Shown here: positions 63,701 through 64,000 of the stretch, piece by piece | How the letters are laid out: each line of letters begins with the position of its first letter | Position numbering within the stretch: the stretch's first letter is position 1 | From: Diadema antillarum | Lineage: Eukaryota | Direction of reading: 5' to 3' | DNA: 64,000 nucleotides | NCBI RefSeq assembly: GCF_040938485.1 | Contig: NW_027271118.1 | Span: forward strand, 124,001-188,000 | Notes under the pieces: generated by a model | The model's input: the letters and a program-made list of their open reading frames with translations, nothing else | Told to the model about the DNA's origin: nothing | The model's database searches: none | Translations under genes and position numbers: made by a program

Positions 63701-64000
63701 CCTCCGCTCCGGATGGCACGACATGAATTATCGTCTTGACGTCTGTCAGCCAAGTGGTCGTCCCATGTGTGTCTGTTAGGCACGCTTTTTGGGAGGGCGT
63801 TATCAGACCGTCATGTTTCGGTGGAAAAGAGCAATATATACAGAGCTTTTCTCCCCCCCCCCCCCCCTCTCTCTCTCTCTCTCCGTCTCTCCCCTCAGAT
63901 TATACATGTATACACAATTTATTATGGCCTCTTCTTCTTAATAAATTGTAGGTATACATGTTTCATGTTATGTCGTATGATATCATGTCATACGTCGTAA

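Overview
Repeat-rich invertebrate deuterostome genomic DNA, probably sea urchin. This taxon call is inferred from vertebrate-identical intron positions and the repeat landscape and is not verified. Three spliced protein-coding genes can be reconstructed with canonical GT-AG junctions: thymidine kinase 1 (TK1, minus, 7 exons, 9788-18135, with an apparent +1 frameshift in exon 1), CCDC96/CFAP184 (plus, 10 coding exons, 18492-30005, about 617 aa, head-to-head with TK1 across about 356 bp), and survivin (BIRC5, minus, 4 exons, 34680-39770, 145 aa). TK1 and BIRC5 are also near neighbours at human 17q25.3. The rest is intronic or intergenic: many non-autonomous DNA transposons (TA-, TTAA- and 5-bp-TSD families, a Helentron-like HINE), two 5'-truncated CR1/L2-group LINE fragments, microsatellites, a 13-unit transposon-derived satellite with a 3-monomer higher-order repeat (58.6-60.7 kb), and an assembly gap of about 197 N. 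I found no wholly new multi-gene system. The most unusual items are the TK1 frameshift, a duplicated decoy 3' splice site in CCDC96, the TK1-BIRC5 microsynteny and a ~90-bp MITE split by three nested insertions.
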